From an uncultured virus (IMG/VR IMGVR_UViG_2049941000_000011) (lineage: Duplodnaviria; Heunggongvirae; Uroviricota; Caudoviricetes): DNA of 64,000 bases. Under the pieces are notes generated by a model, which saw nothing but the letters and a program-made list of their open reading frames with translations, did not search any database and was not told the origin of the DNA. Both the position numbers and the translations under genes were made by a program. Where the stretch lies: the IMG/VR virus record IMGVR_UViG_2049941000_000011; one strand, 5' to 3'. How positions within the stretch are numbered: the stretch's first letter is position 1; each line of letters opens with the position of its first letter. This document shows positions 23,001 through 31,270 of the stretch, piece by piece.

Positions 23001-23065
23001 GCTTAATCAATTCCATATTTAAAAACACCACACACACAAAGGAGGAAGAAGAAACACATGAATAA
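20034..23065 (+). CDS. YonO-like single-subunit double-psi beta-barrel DNA-dependent RNA polymerase (~1010 aa)
   Basis: SGSGQIRRNT, AKYSAYFAL, DGQG, RSP and catalytic DSDYDGD motifs; N-terminal part joins across N gap at 20221-20243. Confidence 0.88.
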
Positions 23066-23702
23066 AGAATTACACCCAAAGGAATGGCAATTTGCTCTCT
23101 CCGTAGTAGAGGATTGCCTTTCTAACGGTTTCTCCTCTGCTCAAATAATTTCCGACCTCGCCTCCTCACTTCAAAAGGCCTTCGGATTTACTCCAGAGCA
23201 CGCCCGTACAATCGCCGACCACCTCACACCTTCTCTTCTAGCATATCTAGAGGATTCCAAGATTTCCCCGCCCGCCGGCGCCCTCATCGTCCGCTCAGAC
23301 TACAACTACCTTCTCGCCAACACGCCTTTCCTCACAGAAACCGACACCAACGTACAGAAATTGCTCCTCGCACTTCTCGTAAGTTATGTTGCCAACTATC
23401 ACCCATCTGGATGGATTCGCTATAACCGCAAAGAGATATTCTATCTCGCAGGCCTCTCAAAACTTCCTGTTTCCACACAAGAAAGCTTGACACAATATCT
23501 CCATTCCACTTATAATTTAAATATGCGAGTAGTTGGTTCTAATCAACCAATTCCATGTTTCAGGTTTAATTGGTCATATTCACCCTTCAATCCCGATGAT
23601 TTCTATTCACTTCCGGAATCCGAATTCGTTGTATTATCATCTTTCTCACCTGAAGCTATCAACACCCTCTTAACACACATTAAAGAAAAGGAGCACAAAT
23701 AA
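23058..23702 (+). CDS. hypothetical protein
   Basis: 214 aa ORF coupled to RNAP gene. Confidence 0.65.
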   Translation: MNKELHPKEWQFALSVVEDCLSNGFSSAQIISDLASSLQKAFGFTPEHARTIADHLTPSLLAYLEDSKISPPAGALIVRSDYNYLLANTPFLTETDTNVQKLLLALLVSYVANYHPSGWIRYNRKEIFYLAGLSKLPVSTQESLTQYLHSTYNLNMRVVGSNQPIPCFRFNWSYSPFNPDDFYSLPESEFVVLSSFSPEAINTLLTHIKEKEHK

Positions 23703-23707
23703 TAATT

Positions 23708-24385
23708 ATGCGTAACCCATTTAGAAGAAAGCAAAAAGACCTCACCAAAATTCCAGATGAGCAAATGGCTTCTCAAACTATGACGCTCTATGTCGTCTTT
23801 GATATAAGCACCGAGAAATCCAAGAAAGCACCGATTTATTACGCCCACACCAAAGACCAAGCAGCCCGTGCAGTTGCGACTTATATATTCGCCGATGCTT
23901 ACGATCACTACAAAGCTTGGTGTCAAGACCGCTTCCAAGGAGGCTTCAATGTCCTCAAACATGGCAAGCCAACTTCTGAAGCTTTCTCCCTCTACGCTAG
24001 AACCACCGGACTCCTAGAAGAAGATAATAATCCATATAGAATTGCTATGGCAACTTATACAGCAGCCGAAATCACTACAATTCTTCGTTCATATTCACGC
24101 TCGGTTCCTCTCGGTCTCGCCGAAGAAAGCCCAACAGAGTTCCTCGAATATATATCTTCACATTATTCCTCTTTCCTCGGGTTATCATCTTCCGGCTCAC
24201 AAGAACCAAAAGTAATGTCCGTCTTAATCGACACCGATCCACATTACGCCGACAATCTTGGCAAAGCCAGTATAAAATTCGCCACTATATTTAACGAAGT
24301 CTTACAAAATGCAGTATCCGAATTGGATACACCAGAACAAAACGTAACCAAGGAGGATACACCAGATGATGAAGTCCAATGCTGA
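23708..24385 (+). CDS. hypothetical protein
   Basis: 225 aa ORF with RBS. Confidence 0.65.
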   Translation: MRNPFRRKQKDLTKIPDEQMASQTMTLYVVFDISTEKSKKAPIYYAHTKDQAARAVATYIFADAYDHYKAWCQDRFQGGFNVLKHGKPTSEAFSLYARTTGLLEEDNNPYRIAMATYTAAEITTILRSYSRSVPLGLAEESPTEFLEYISSHYSSFLGLSSSGSQEPKVMSVLIDTDPHYADNLGKASIKFATIFNEVLQNAVSELDTPEQNVTKEDTPDDEVQC

Positions 24386-24686
24386 TCTCCCACTTAATAA
24401 ACCAAATCCAATTCATTACATCGTTGATTTTCCAGATTGGGGATTGTATCATATTATCGAAGTCTATGTTATAGATGATAATCCAGATATATCTTCCCTT
24501 CCAGAATATCAACGTTCTCAAGGCCCATTCGTTCTCGTACAGAATGTTCAACCGCCTATGATGTATCCGGGGGTAAAGTCTCCGACAAATACTCCATACC
24601 TCTATTCAATGCATTATGTCTTTGACGACAAGCTCCGCGCATTAGAATATGCACAAGATCACACCCCCTCAGCGATAATTTGGTAG
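24366..24686 (+). CDS. hypothetical protein
   Basis: 106 aa ORF with aggagg RBS. Confidence 0.6.
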   Translation: MMKSNADLPLNKPNPIHYIVDFPDWGLYHIIEVYVIDDNPDISSLPEYQRSQGPFVLVQNVQPPMMYPGVKSPTNTPYLYSMHYVFDDKLRALEYAQDHTPSAIIW

Positions 24687-25160
24687 GTATGAATCAGTGT
24701 ATATAAAAAAGTAAATCCCTAATAATAAATAAGAATAAACGCACATATATACGTATGTGTGTTTTTTTATATACGCATGGGTATGTATATACACTTTTTC
24801 CCAACGACTTCTTATTATATCGTGCACTTTTTTAAGGGAGTTTATAAATATCTCTAGATATATCTTTTTCTCTCTTTTTAGGGGTATAGGGGCATATATA
24901 AACACCCCCATAGGCTTTTACCTAGGTCAAGTAATAATTACGGTTCTAGAGAGGGATATACATATGTCGGTAGACGGGGGGACATAGGGAGATATATGTC
25001 GGGAACGGTGGAGAACCATGATAGAGAAATAGGGAAGGGTAGGGTGAATAAAAAAATGTAAATTACACTTTTATAAATAAAAGCTGATTTTATTATGGGT
25101 GAATTCAGCGGTGGATTTAATAAAAAGTGTTAATGGCCCTGTGAAAGGAAGGGTGAATTT

Positions 25161-25319
25161 ATGAAAATGTTTAATGTTTTTATTCCTTATGACAGAACTA
25201 CAAATGCGTTAGTTCCAGATATCGAATATCAAAACGTTACTATGAAAGTTGCCAAAGAACGTAAAAAATATTGGCTCGAAATTAGTGACGTTAAAGCAGT
25301 GATTAAAGTTGCGAAATAA
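25161..25319 (+). CDS. small hypothetical protein (52 aa, not in ORF track)
   Basis: gaaaggaagggtg RBS; MKMFNVFIPYDRTTNALVPDIEYQNVTMKVAKERKKYWLEISDVKAVIKVAK*. Confidence 0.6.
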   Translation: MKMFNVFIPYDRTTNALVPDIEYQNVTMKVAKERKKYWLEISDVKAVIKVAK

Positions 25320-25326
25320 ATCGCAA

Positions 25327-25380
25327 CTGCTGTCTGTCGGTAAAAGTCCGACACCGATGAGCTTTAGAGCGAAACAGCAG
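25327..25380 (+). ncRNA. hammerhead ribozyme, type III, variant core (CCGAUGA)
   Basis: stem III ctgctgt/acagcag, GUC cleavage triplet, stem I tgtcgg/ccgaca, core ccgatga, stem II gct-ttag-agc, GAAA. Confidence 0.8.
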
Positions 25381-25402
25381 AAAAGGCAGGTGAATATTTG
25401 TT

Positions 25403-25804
25403 ATGCTTAAGTTCGTTTATAAAGTATCTGTTCATAATTGGGATTACTTCGATAGTTTTAGTATCAATCCTCATCAAGATGAAGTTCATTACTTCGATTC
25501 TTTATCTGAGGCTTTTGCTTTTTATAAAGAAGAAAAAGAATACGATAAAAAATCTATTCCAGGTGATCATACACATATTACACATCGTCCAGTACGCGTA
25601 GTTAGATTCGTTAAAGAACCGCATATCATGCATGGTTATGTCAGAGGTCATGAATTGAATTGTTTATACGATGTATTGGAAGATAAATATCGTCATTATA
25701 AAAAATATAATGTCGTTGATCCAGATGTCACAGTAAGTGATATTGATGATGGTAACGTGTTTGAAGATATCGAAGACTTCGATGATACAATAATCCTTTT
25801 TTAA
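25403..25804 (+). CDS. hypothetical protein
   Basis: 133 aa ORF with RBS just after ribozyme. Confidence 0.65.
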   Translation: MLKFVYKVSVHNWDYFDSFSINPHQDEVHYFDSLSEAFAFYKEEKEYDKKSIPGDHTHITHRPVRVVRFVKEPHIMHGYVRGHELNCLYDVLEDKYRHYKKYNVVDPDVTVSDIDDGNVFEDIEDFDDTIILF

Positions 25805-25983
25805 TTATGAACAATACTAATATAGAGTTTTTCTGTTCTTAAAACAGAGCTCTATTATAAGAGGATATAACCAATGTATCCTTTTATGATAGAGGTTGTG
25901 AGTATCATACTCTCGATCTCTTAAAAAACTACATACGTGTTTGTTATTCTTATCAGCTATCATGCTGAAGAAAGAGGGACCTT

Positions 25984-26364
25984 ATGGTTTTCGGTTTAAC
26001 ACAAGCACAAGCTAATATTATTAATGCATTGATTCGTAGATGCGATATGCGTATGACTTCTCTAGATAACGCAGAGAAAGCATTGAAGATCATTCTTGAC
26101 AATGGTCAACTTGGTATTCGTTATATCTTGTTAGTGAGATATAAACACGGTGCCGTTAAGGTTGACAAACGTCACGAAACAGTGGTCGACACTAGTAAAA
26201 TCAGTGTTGAAAGCATGTTGTATCATGTTCCTTCATATGATTTAAAGAAGGGTGATACAGCAGATGTTTTCTATCGTGTATCTAAGGGTAGTGATATTGA
26301 CTATTCTGAATCTGATATCGTATATGCATTTAGTAACATTGTCAATGTAAGACATTCCAAATAG
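25984..26364 (+). CDS. hypothetical protein
   Basis: 126 aa ORF with RBS. Confidence 0.65.
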   Translation: MVFGLTQAQANIINALIRRCDMRMTSLDNAEKALKIILDNGQLGIRYILLVRYKHGAVKVDKRHETVVDTSKISVESMLYHVPSYDLKKGDTADVFYRVSKGSDIDYSESDIVYAFSNIVNVRHSK

Positions 26365-26507
26365 CTTGTGATCAGCCATCGTAATGATGGTTGATAAGAG
26401 TAACAAACTCTAGAAAGAGGGTGATTTATGACCTTATGTTAATCTATTAATTTTGTCCTTTTTAGGCGTATTGCTTGCCGTTTGCTCCTGTGAGCATGAA
26501 GGAAGGA

Positions 26508-27170
26508 TGTGCACGTCTCAGTACCGCAGCGTTGGAGCTGTCAACAACCCGAGTTTGGTTGTTGCTAATGAGACACTTGGTTGATGTACAACCATTTTAG
26601 TATATTTTCTTCACTAGGATTAGCGGTCCTAGGTGAGAGGTTGGACCTCGATTAGGAAGACGTTTCGCTATAAACGTAAGTACGGGTGGGAACCCCGACA
26701 TTAGCCGCGTTCAGTTGCATAGACGCGAATGTCTAAGATGAGTGATAACTCAAACTACTTCGGCTGGAGACAAAACCAGTACGTGACACGAAGCAAGGGA
26801 GATAGGGTGCTTAGATGTTGATAGTAATATCAACCACTTGATGACAGTGACGGAAACGGTCAAGTAGATAAATGGATACCTTGCGATTTAGCGGGAAGCA
26901 TGTAAAACATGCAAAACATGTAACAGTGATGGGGTTTATGACGCTCTGCTGAATGAGACCCAGACGAAAGTCAAAGCGTTTTTCAATAAAACACTTGTGA
27001 GTGTCCGAGAGTCAGGAAATCGGACCTAACGATATTCTGAGCATTAAACGTTGTCTAAAAAGCGAGAGCAAAGTGCTTATGCAGAATGGCTGAGATGCAC
27101 AACTGCATGGTGGTAGCGACACCAAACAAAACCGAGTTAATAACTGCCTTGTGAACAGAAGTTATTCTTG
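26508..27170 (+). ncRNA. candidate large, highly structured non-coding RNA (family unassigned)
   Basis: no ORF of 60 aa or more between 26364 and 27457; elevated GC; more than 15 consecutive hairpins with GNRA loops; long-range helix 26508-26522/27089-27101. Confidence 0.65.
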
Positions 27171-27456
27171 TAAATATTATTTATTAAATATGGTTTTAAT
27201 CATATTAGATCACATTAGTGAAATGGTTTGACAAATGTCCATTAGCACACTGTCTGGTTTGTCTGTATCCGTAACAACAGAACATTGATTATATGTTAGT
27301 GAATTCAATAAGACTCTTATAGGTCGCCACGGGGCTGTAAAGCATAGCTTTCCTTGAGTCTATTGAAGAATCTAAGGTGTAGTTAATTGCTCGTGCTTTC
27401 TATTTATGGGATAGAAGGCACTATGGAATTAATTATTCCAGGAAGAAGGTAATCAA

Positions 27457-27684
27457 ATGAAACACACGCAAGAGAAACGTGCACAAAAGGTGTCGAAAAG
27501 ATGGAAAAACACTATCGGATATGGGATAAATGGCCTGTTATGGACATGTGCTAGAACCGATAAGCCTAAACACACTGGCATACACGAACAGATTAGACAA
27601 AATCATTCTGATAGATGCTGTCTAAAAACAGTTGGTGAAATACATTATCAACACAAATGTAAATACGCAATGAAGAACAGATAG
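27457..27684 (+). CDS. small basic hypothetical protein
   Basis: 75 aa with RBS. Confidence 0.5.
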   Translation: MKHTQEKRAQKVSKRWKNTIGYGINGLLWTCARTDKPKHTGIHEQIRQNHSDRCCLKTVGEIHYQHKCKYAMKNR

Positions 27685-27756
27685 TTCTTTCCTGCCCCAT
27701 ACGTGGGGTAGCGAAGAGCCATTTGGCTTTAGGGGCATTAGAAACCCCGGAAAGGA
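27685..27756 (+). promoter_or_regulatory. four-way-junction RNA element sequestering the RBS of the next gene
   Basis: ttctttcc/ggaaagga closes three hairpins, one with a UACG loop. Confidence 0.55.
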
Positions 27757-27762
27757 TAAAAT

Positions 27763-28083
27763 ATGAAGCAAAGATACAACTTACTTCAACAAGATGGTAG
27801 TACAAGAACTACCTTCTACGATGATGGACAAATCATCACAACAATGAATCATCAACAGCAAAGAGTTGACGTTAGTGTAATCTGTCAAAGTCGACATGAA
27901 TACACAAGCGTCAGTAATGAGCAATTCAGATTGATGATCAATGGCGCAAAGACACTCGTTGATTTCTTCAATTTAGTGTTAGCAGATCACTGGGCTGGTG
28001 TTAAAACAGCAGCCGAAATCAAGAGCATGTTGCTCGGCAATGCAGCTATAGCTGTAGTCAAAAAAATGGAAGGGGTTAATTAA
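27763..28083 (+). CDS. hypothetical protein
   Basis: 106 aa ORF. Confidence 0.6.
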   Translation: MKQRYNLLQQDGSTRTTFYDDGQIITTMNHQQQRVDVSVICQSRHEYTSVSNEQFRLMINGAKTLVDFFNLVLADHWAGVKTAAEIKSMLLGNAAIAVVKKMEGVN

Positions 28084-28084
28084 C

Positions 28085-28513
28085 ATGATTAAATCAATCG
28101 TTAAAGATGTCGAAGTTTTAAGCAAGGTTTCTAGACCTTTCGACAAAGAAAAAGATATGCAAGTTGTCTATGATTTATTAGACACAATTAGAGAACACCA
28201 TAAGGAAGCAGCTGGTTTAGCTGCTATCCAAATTGGTTATGATGTTTGTGCTTTCGCAATGAGAGAACAAAAAAGCGGTCAATTCATCGTTGTTATCAAT
28301 CCAAGAATCATGCAAAAGTTTAATCAATATGATTCAGTAGAATTATGTTTATCTTTTGATGAACCACGCAGAGCTAAACGCTATAAAAAGATATTGGTCA
28401 AAGATCAAGTCTATATCCAAGGCGCTTGGAAAAATAGAAGTGTATACATCGATTATTTCGATGCTAAAACTTATCAACATGAGTGCGACCACTTGGTTGG
28501 CAAGCTAATTTAA
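28085..28513 (+). CDS. def: peptide deformylase
   Basis: GLAAIQIG, ELCLS (EGCLS variant), QHECDHLVG motifs. Confidence 0.92.
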   Translation: MIKSIVKDVEVLSKVSRPFDKEKDMQVVYDLLDTIREHHKEAAGLAAIQIGYDVCAFAMREQKSGQFIVVINPRIMQKFNQYDSVELCLSFDEPRRAKRYKKILVKDQVYIQGAWKNRSVYIDYFDAKTYQHECDHLVGKLI

Positions 28514-28525
28514 GGAGGAGTGAAT

Positions 28526-28783
28526 ATGGCTACAAATAAACTTATCGCCGCTCTTGAAAAAGTTGAAGAACTTCAAACTCTTGTTGAAGAACTTCAAAAA
28601 GAAAATGAAGAGTTAAAAGTAGAATTAGAAAAGGAACGTAAAGATTCCAAATTCGCTAGAGAAATGTGGAGCTTTACACTTGGAAGATTCTCTAAGCTTA
28701 AAGATTTTGTTAAAAGTTCAACAGAATCAATGAAGTTGTTCGTTGAAACTCTTGAAGGAGACAAGACAAATGAAGAAAAATAA
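28526..28783 (+). CDS. coiled-coil hypothetical protein
   Basis: RBS aaggaggag. Confidence 0.6.
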   Translation: MATNKLIAALEKVEELQTLVEELQKENEELKVELEKERKDSKFAREMWSFTLGRFSKLKDFVKSSTESMKLFVETLEGDKTNEEK

Positions 28784-29015
28784 ATTACTTTCATCTCTTG
28801 TCTTCGCGAGTATGATTGGTGGGCTTGGTGGTCCATTCGGGTTTGATGAATATACCCCAAAAAGAAGACCAGCGGCTCCAAAAGAGCCTTCTGATCCACA
28901 CCAAGATTCGGGTGTTTGTTCAAAACCTGTTCGTAGAGGAGCAGGTAAAAGAATGTCTAGAGCAGAACGTAAACGTAAATACGGTTCTCAACAAAATAAG
29001 AAAGGAAACAAATAA
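28770..29015 (+). CDS. hypothetical protein
   Basis: RBS aaggag, MKKNKLLSS. Confidence 0.55.
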   Translation: MKKNKLLSSLVFASMIGGLGGPFGFDEYTPKRRPAAPKEPSDPHQDSGVCSKPVRRGAGKRMSRAERKRKYGSQQNKKGNK

Positions 29016-29016
29016 T

Positions 29017-29793
29017 ATGGAAAATTTTGATAGAATGCTAGATGACTATAAAGAGGAGATGACATCAATACTCTATGAAGCTGGCGGCGATGTGAATTTC
29101 GACAAATTAGAAAAAGAAATTAAATCAGCTAAAGCACATATGGTGAGACAATTAAAAGATGTAAAAGCAAAACATACTCCTAAATATAAAACTGTTGATT
29201 TAGAAGATATGACACTCAGTTCTGCAGAAAGAGAAGCTGCAACTAAGTTGGTTATCGCTTTTATTAATGATTGTAGAGAAAAGGTCGCTATTGATATTGC
29301 TAAAAAGACGCCTAAACGCCAACAATATATAAAATATACTGTAGAATGGGTTACATATTCTTCTCCATTCATAATAGAAAAGTCTAGTTTTTATACATTG
29401 GGCGTTGAAGATCTCGAGGCCAAAATAGGCACAAGCAACGATAGCGTACCTATCTATAAAGATGGGACCTGCCGTAATCAATCATATTTTCAGGATGCAA
29501 AATATATTATAGATAGATTGTATACACCTGGCAAAGCGTTCAGTTTTTCTCCTCAAGAACATTATCATTCCATAATTGTTAGAGCTGAAGATGATAAAAT
29601 TGAAGTGCTTAAAGATATCTTACCACGTTTATATCATACGCATTTGGATTATAGCGAACAATGCACAGAACAAACTATTCAAACATACCAAGGATATCTA
29701 AAAAAGATAAAAAGCGCGAGAGCTGCATATCCTAAAAAGCTTACAGAAAAAATCTGTAAAGAATTTATTAAAAAAGTCGTTAAAGAAAAATAA
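29017..29793 (+). CDS. hypothetical protein
   Basis: RBS-supported start MENFDR. Confidence 0.65.
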   Translation: MENFDRMLDDYKEEMTSILYEAGGDVNFDKLEKEIKSAKAHMVRQLKDVKAKHTPKYKTVDLEDMTLSSAEREAATKLVIAFINDCREKVAIDIAKKTPKRQQYIKYTVEWVTYSSPFIIEKSSFYTLGVEDLEAKIGTSNDSVPIYKDGTCRNQSYFQDAKYIIDRLYTPGKAFSFSPQEHYHSIIVRAEDDKIEVLKDILPRLYHTHLDYSEQCTEQTIQTYQGYLKKIKSARAAYPKKLTEKICKEFIKKVVKEK

Positions 29794-29805
29794 GGAGACA
29801 TAAAT

Positions 29806-30054
29806 ATGAAAACAACAATCTTAACACAAGCAGAAAAAGATATCTGCGCAGCTGTCCTTTGGGGCGGTGGAATTACTCAGGCATCTAAAGAATATGATGT
29901 CAGTGAAGATGAGGTTACTCAAACTCTATATAAATTCAATTCTTTATATCAACAAGAGTTGAAGAAAAGAGGAATCAATGACTTCATGTTCGAAGCAAAA
30001 GACCAACTTAAGGAAGAGATGCTTCTTCCTGAGGAGGAAAGAACAAATGCGTAG
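29806..30054 (+). CDS. small HTH-like hypothetical protein
   Basis: GITQASKEYDVSEDEV resembles an HTH. Confidence 0.5.
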   Translation: MKTTILTQAEKDICAAVLWGGGITQASKEYDVSEDEVTQTLYKFNSLYQQELKKRGINDFMFEAKDQLKEEMLLPEEERTNA

Positions 30055-30148
30055 AGACAGAGATAGGGGGATGGCTTTTCTTGCCATCTTCCTCGTTACT
30101 GTTATTTGTTTATGCTTATTTATCTTTGTCATGGTAGCTACAAAATAA
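30047..30148 (+). CDS. small membrane peptide (33 aa)
   Basis: RBS gaggagg; hydrophobic [23 protein letters not shown]. Confidence 0.5.
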   Translation: MRRDRDRGMAFLAIFLVTVICLCLFIFVMVATK

Positions 30149-30158
30149 GGAGAAAAAT

Positions 30159-30719
30159 ATGAATAATACAGAGCTACGAGAGGTTTTAAAAAAACACCAA
30201 AAATGGTTAAACGATGAAAAAGGCGGTTGGTATGCTAATTTAAGAGGTGTTGATTTAAGCGATGCCGATTTGAGTGACGCCAATTTAAGAGGCGCTAATT
30301 TGAGTGACGCTAATTTAAGAGGTGTTGATTTAAGGGGCGCTGATTTAAGATATACTGATTTAAGTGGTGCCAATTTAAGGAATGTTGATTTAGATGAAAA
30401 AGATCAAATTCGTAAAGGCATTTGTTTAACTAAAAAAATGATTGGTTATAAAAAGTGTAGAAATGATTTAATTGTCAAATTAGAGATACCAAAAGGCGCT
30501 ATTGTATTTTCTATCAATAATACAAAATGTAGAACTAATATCGCCAAAGTTTTAGAAATTAGTAATGGTAGAAAAACGGCTATTTCACAACGAGATAAAA
30601 ATTTTAAATATAAAGTTGGCAAAATCGTAAAAGTTGATAATTTTAATTGTCAATATAACATCGAATGTGCCGAAGGTATCCATTTCTTTAGAACAAAAAA
30701 AGAAGCAAAGGAGTATTAA
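30159..30719 (+). CDS. pentapeptide-repeat protein with DUF5758-like C-terminus
   Basis: A(N/D)LRG/ADLSD repeats; KCRT...ECAEGIHFF. Confidence 0.85.
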   Translation: MNNTELREVLKKHQKWLNDEKGGWYANLRGVDLSDADLSDANLRGANLSDANLRGVDLRGADLRYTDLSGANLRNVDLDEKDQIRKGICLTKKMIGYKKCRNDLIVKLEIPKGAIVFSINNTKCRTNIAKVLEISNGRKTAISQRDKNFKYKVGKIVKVDNFNCQYNIECAEGIHFFRTKKEAKEY

Positions 30720-30721
30720 AT

Positions 30722-31258
30722 ATGATTCAAATAAGAAAAAATGTCTTCGAGACAAACAGTTCAAGTGTACACTCATTAGCTGTACCAAATAAATTACCAA
30801 AAGATAAAACATTAAGAAAAGTATTATATTCTCGTGATGAAATTAATTTAAATAATTTTGGTTGGGAAATTCAGATCGCCGATAATTTTAACTATTTATA
30901 CACATTTTTAATGTTGTGCGTAAAATATGGAGATCGTGCAGAGTTGGAAAAATATACCAAATATTTAAATATCTTCAAAGAAGTTTGCATTCATGCAAAA
31001 CGAGATATCGAGTTCGAAACTATGGAACACTTCTGTGCACTTAATGACGACTTTACTCCTTATATCGACCACTCTGATGAATTAGTACCGTTCGTTGATT
31101 GGTTATTTGAAGATACACAAAATCTTATTAACTTTTTAGTTGATGGTCATATATTAACTGGAACAGACAATTGCGGCGAAGATGAAGATTATTTGCGTGA
31201 TTGTTTTGAAAAGCGTTATAAGAGAAAGAAATACAAAGTTTATAGGAAGGGCAATTAG
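30722..31258 (+). CDS. FETNSSS-motif protein 1
   Basis: MIQIRKNVFETNSSSVHSL; C-terminal YIDH and TGTDN. Confidence 0.75.
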   Translation: MIQIRKNVFETNSSSVHSLAVPNKLPKDKTLRKVLYSRDEINLNNFGWEIQIADNFNYLYTFLMLCVKYGDRAELEKYTKYLNIFKEVCIHAKRDIEFETMEHFCALNDDFTPYIDHSDELVPFVDWLFEDTQNLINFLVDGHILTGTDNCGEDEDYLRDCFEKRYKRKKYKVYRKGN

Positions 31259-31270
31259 GAGGTAAAACAT

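Noticed and set aside
26428..26583. RBS plus ATG followed by an out-of-frame hydrophobic stretch (NLLILSFLGVLLAVCSC)
   Set aside because: The ATG frame stops after 4 codons and the hydrophobic frame has no start. It may be a decayed peptide gene but cannot be supported as a CDS.
26880..26975. Group I P-element-like ttagcgggaa and hammerhead-like ctgaatga...gaaa
   Set aside because: No group I R/S (P7) elements or flanking exons are visible, and hammerhead stems I and III cannot be formed.
26509..27170. Group II intron (starts GUGCA)
   Set aside because: No recognisable domain V (AGC/CGC triad hairpin), no intron-encoded protein and no interrupted gene.
30230..30390. 15-nt periodic repeats
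   Set aside because: They are coding pentapeptide repeats, not CRISPR or iterons.
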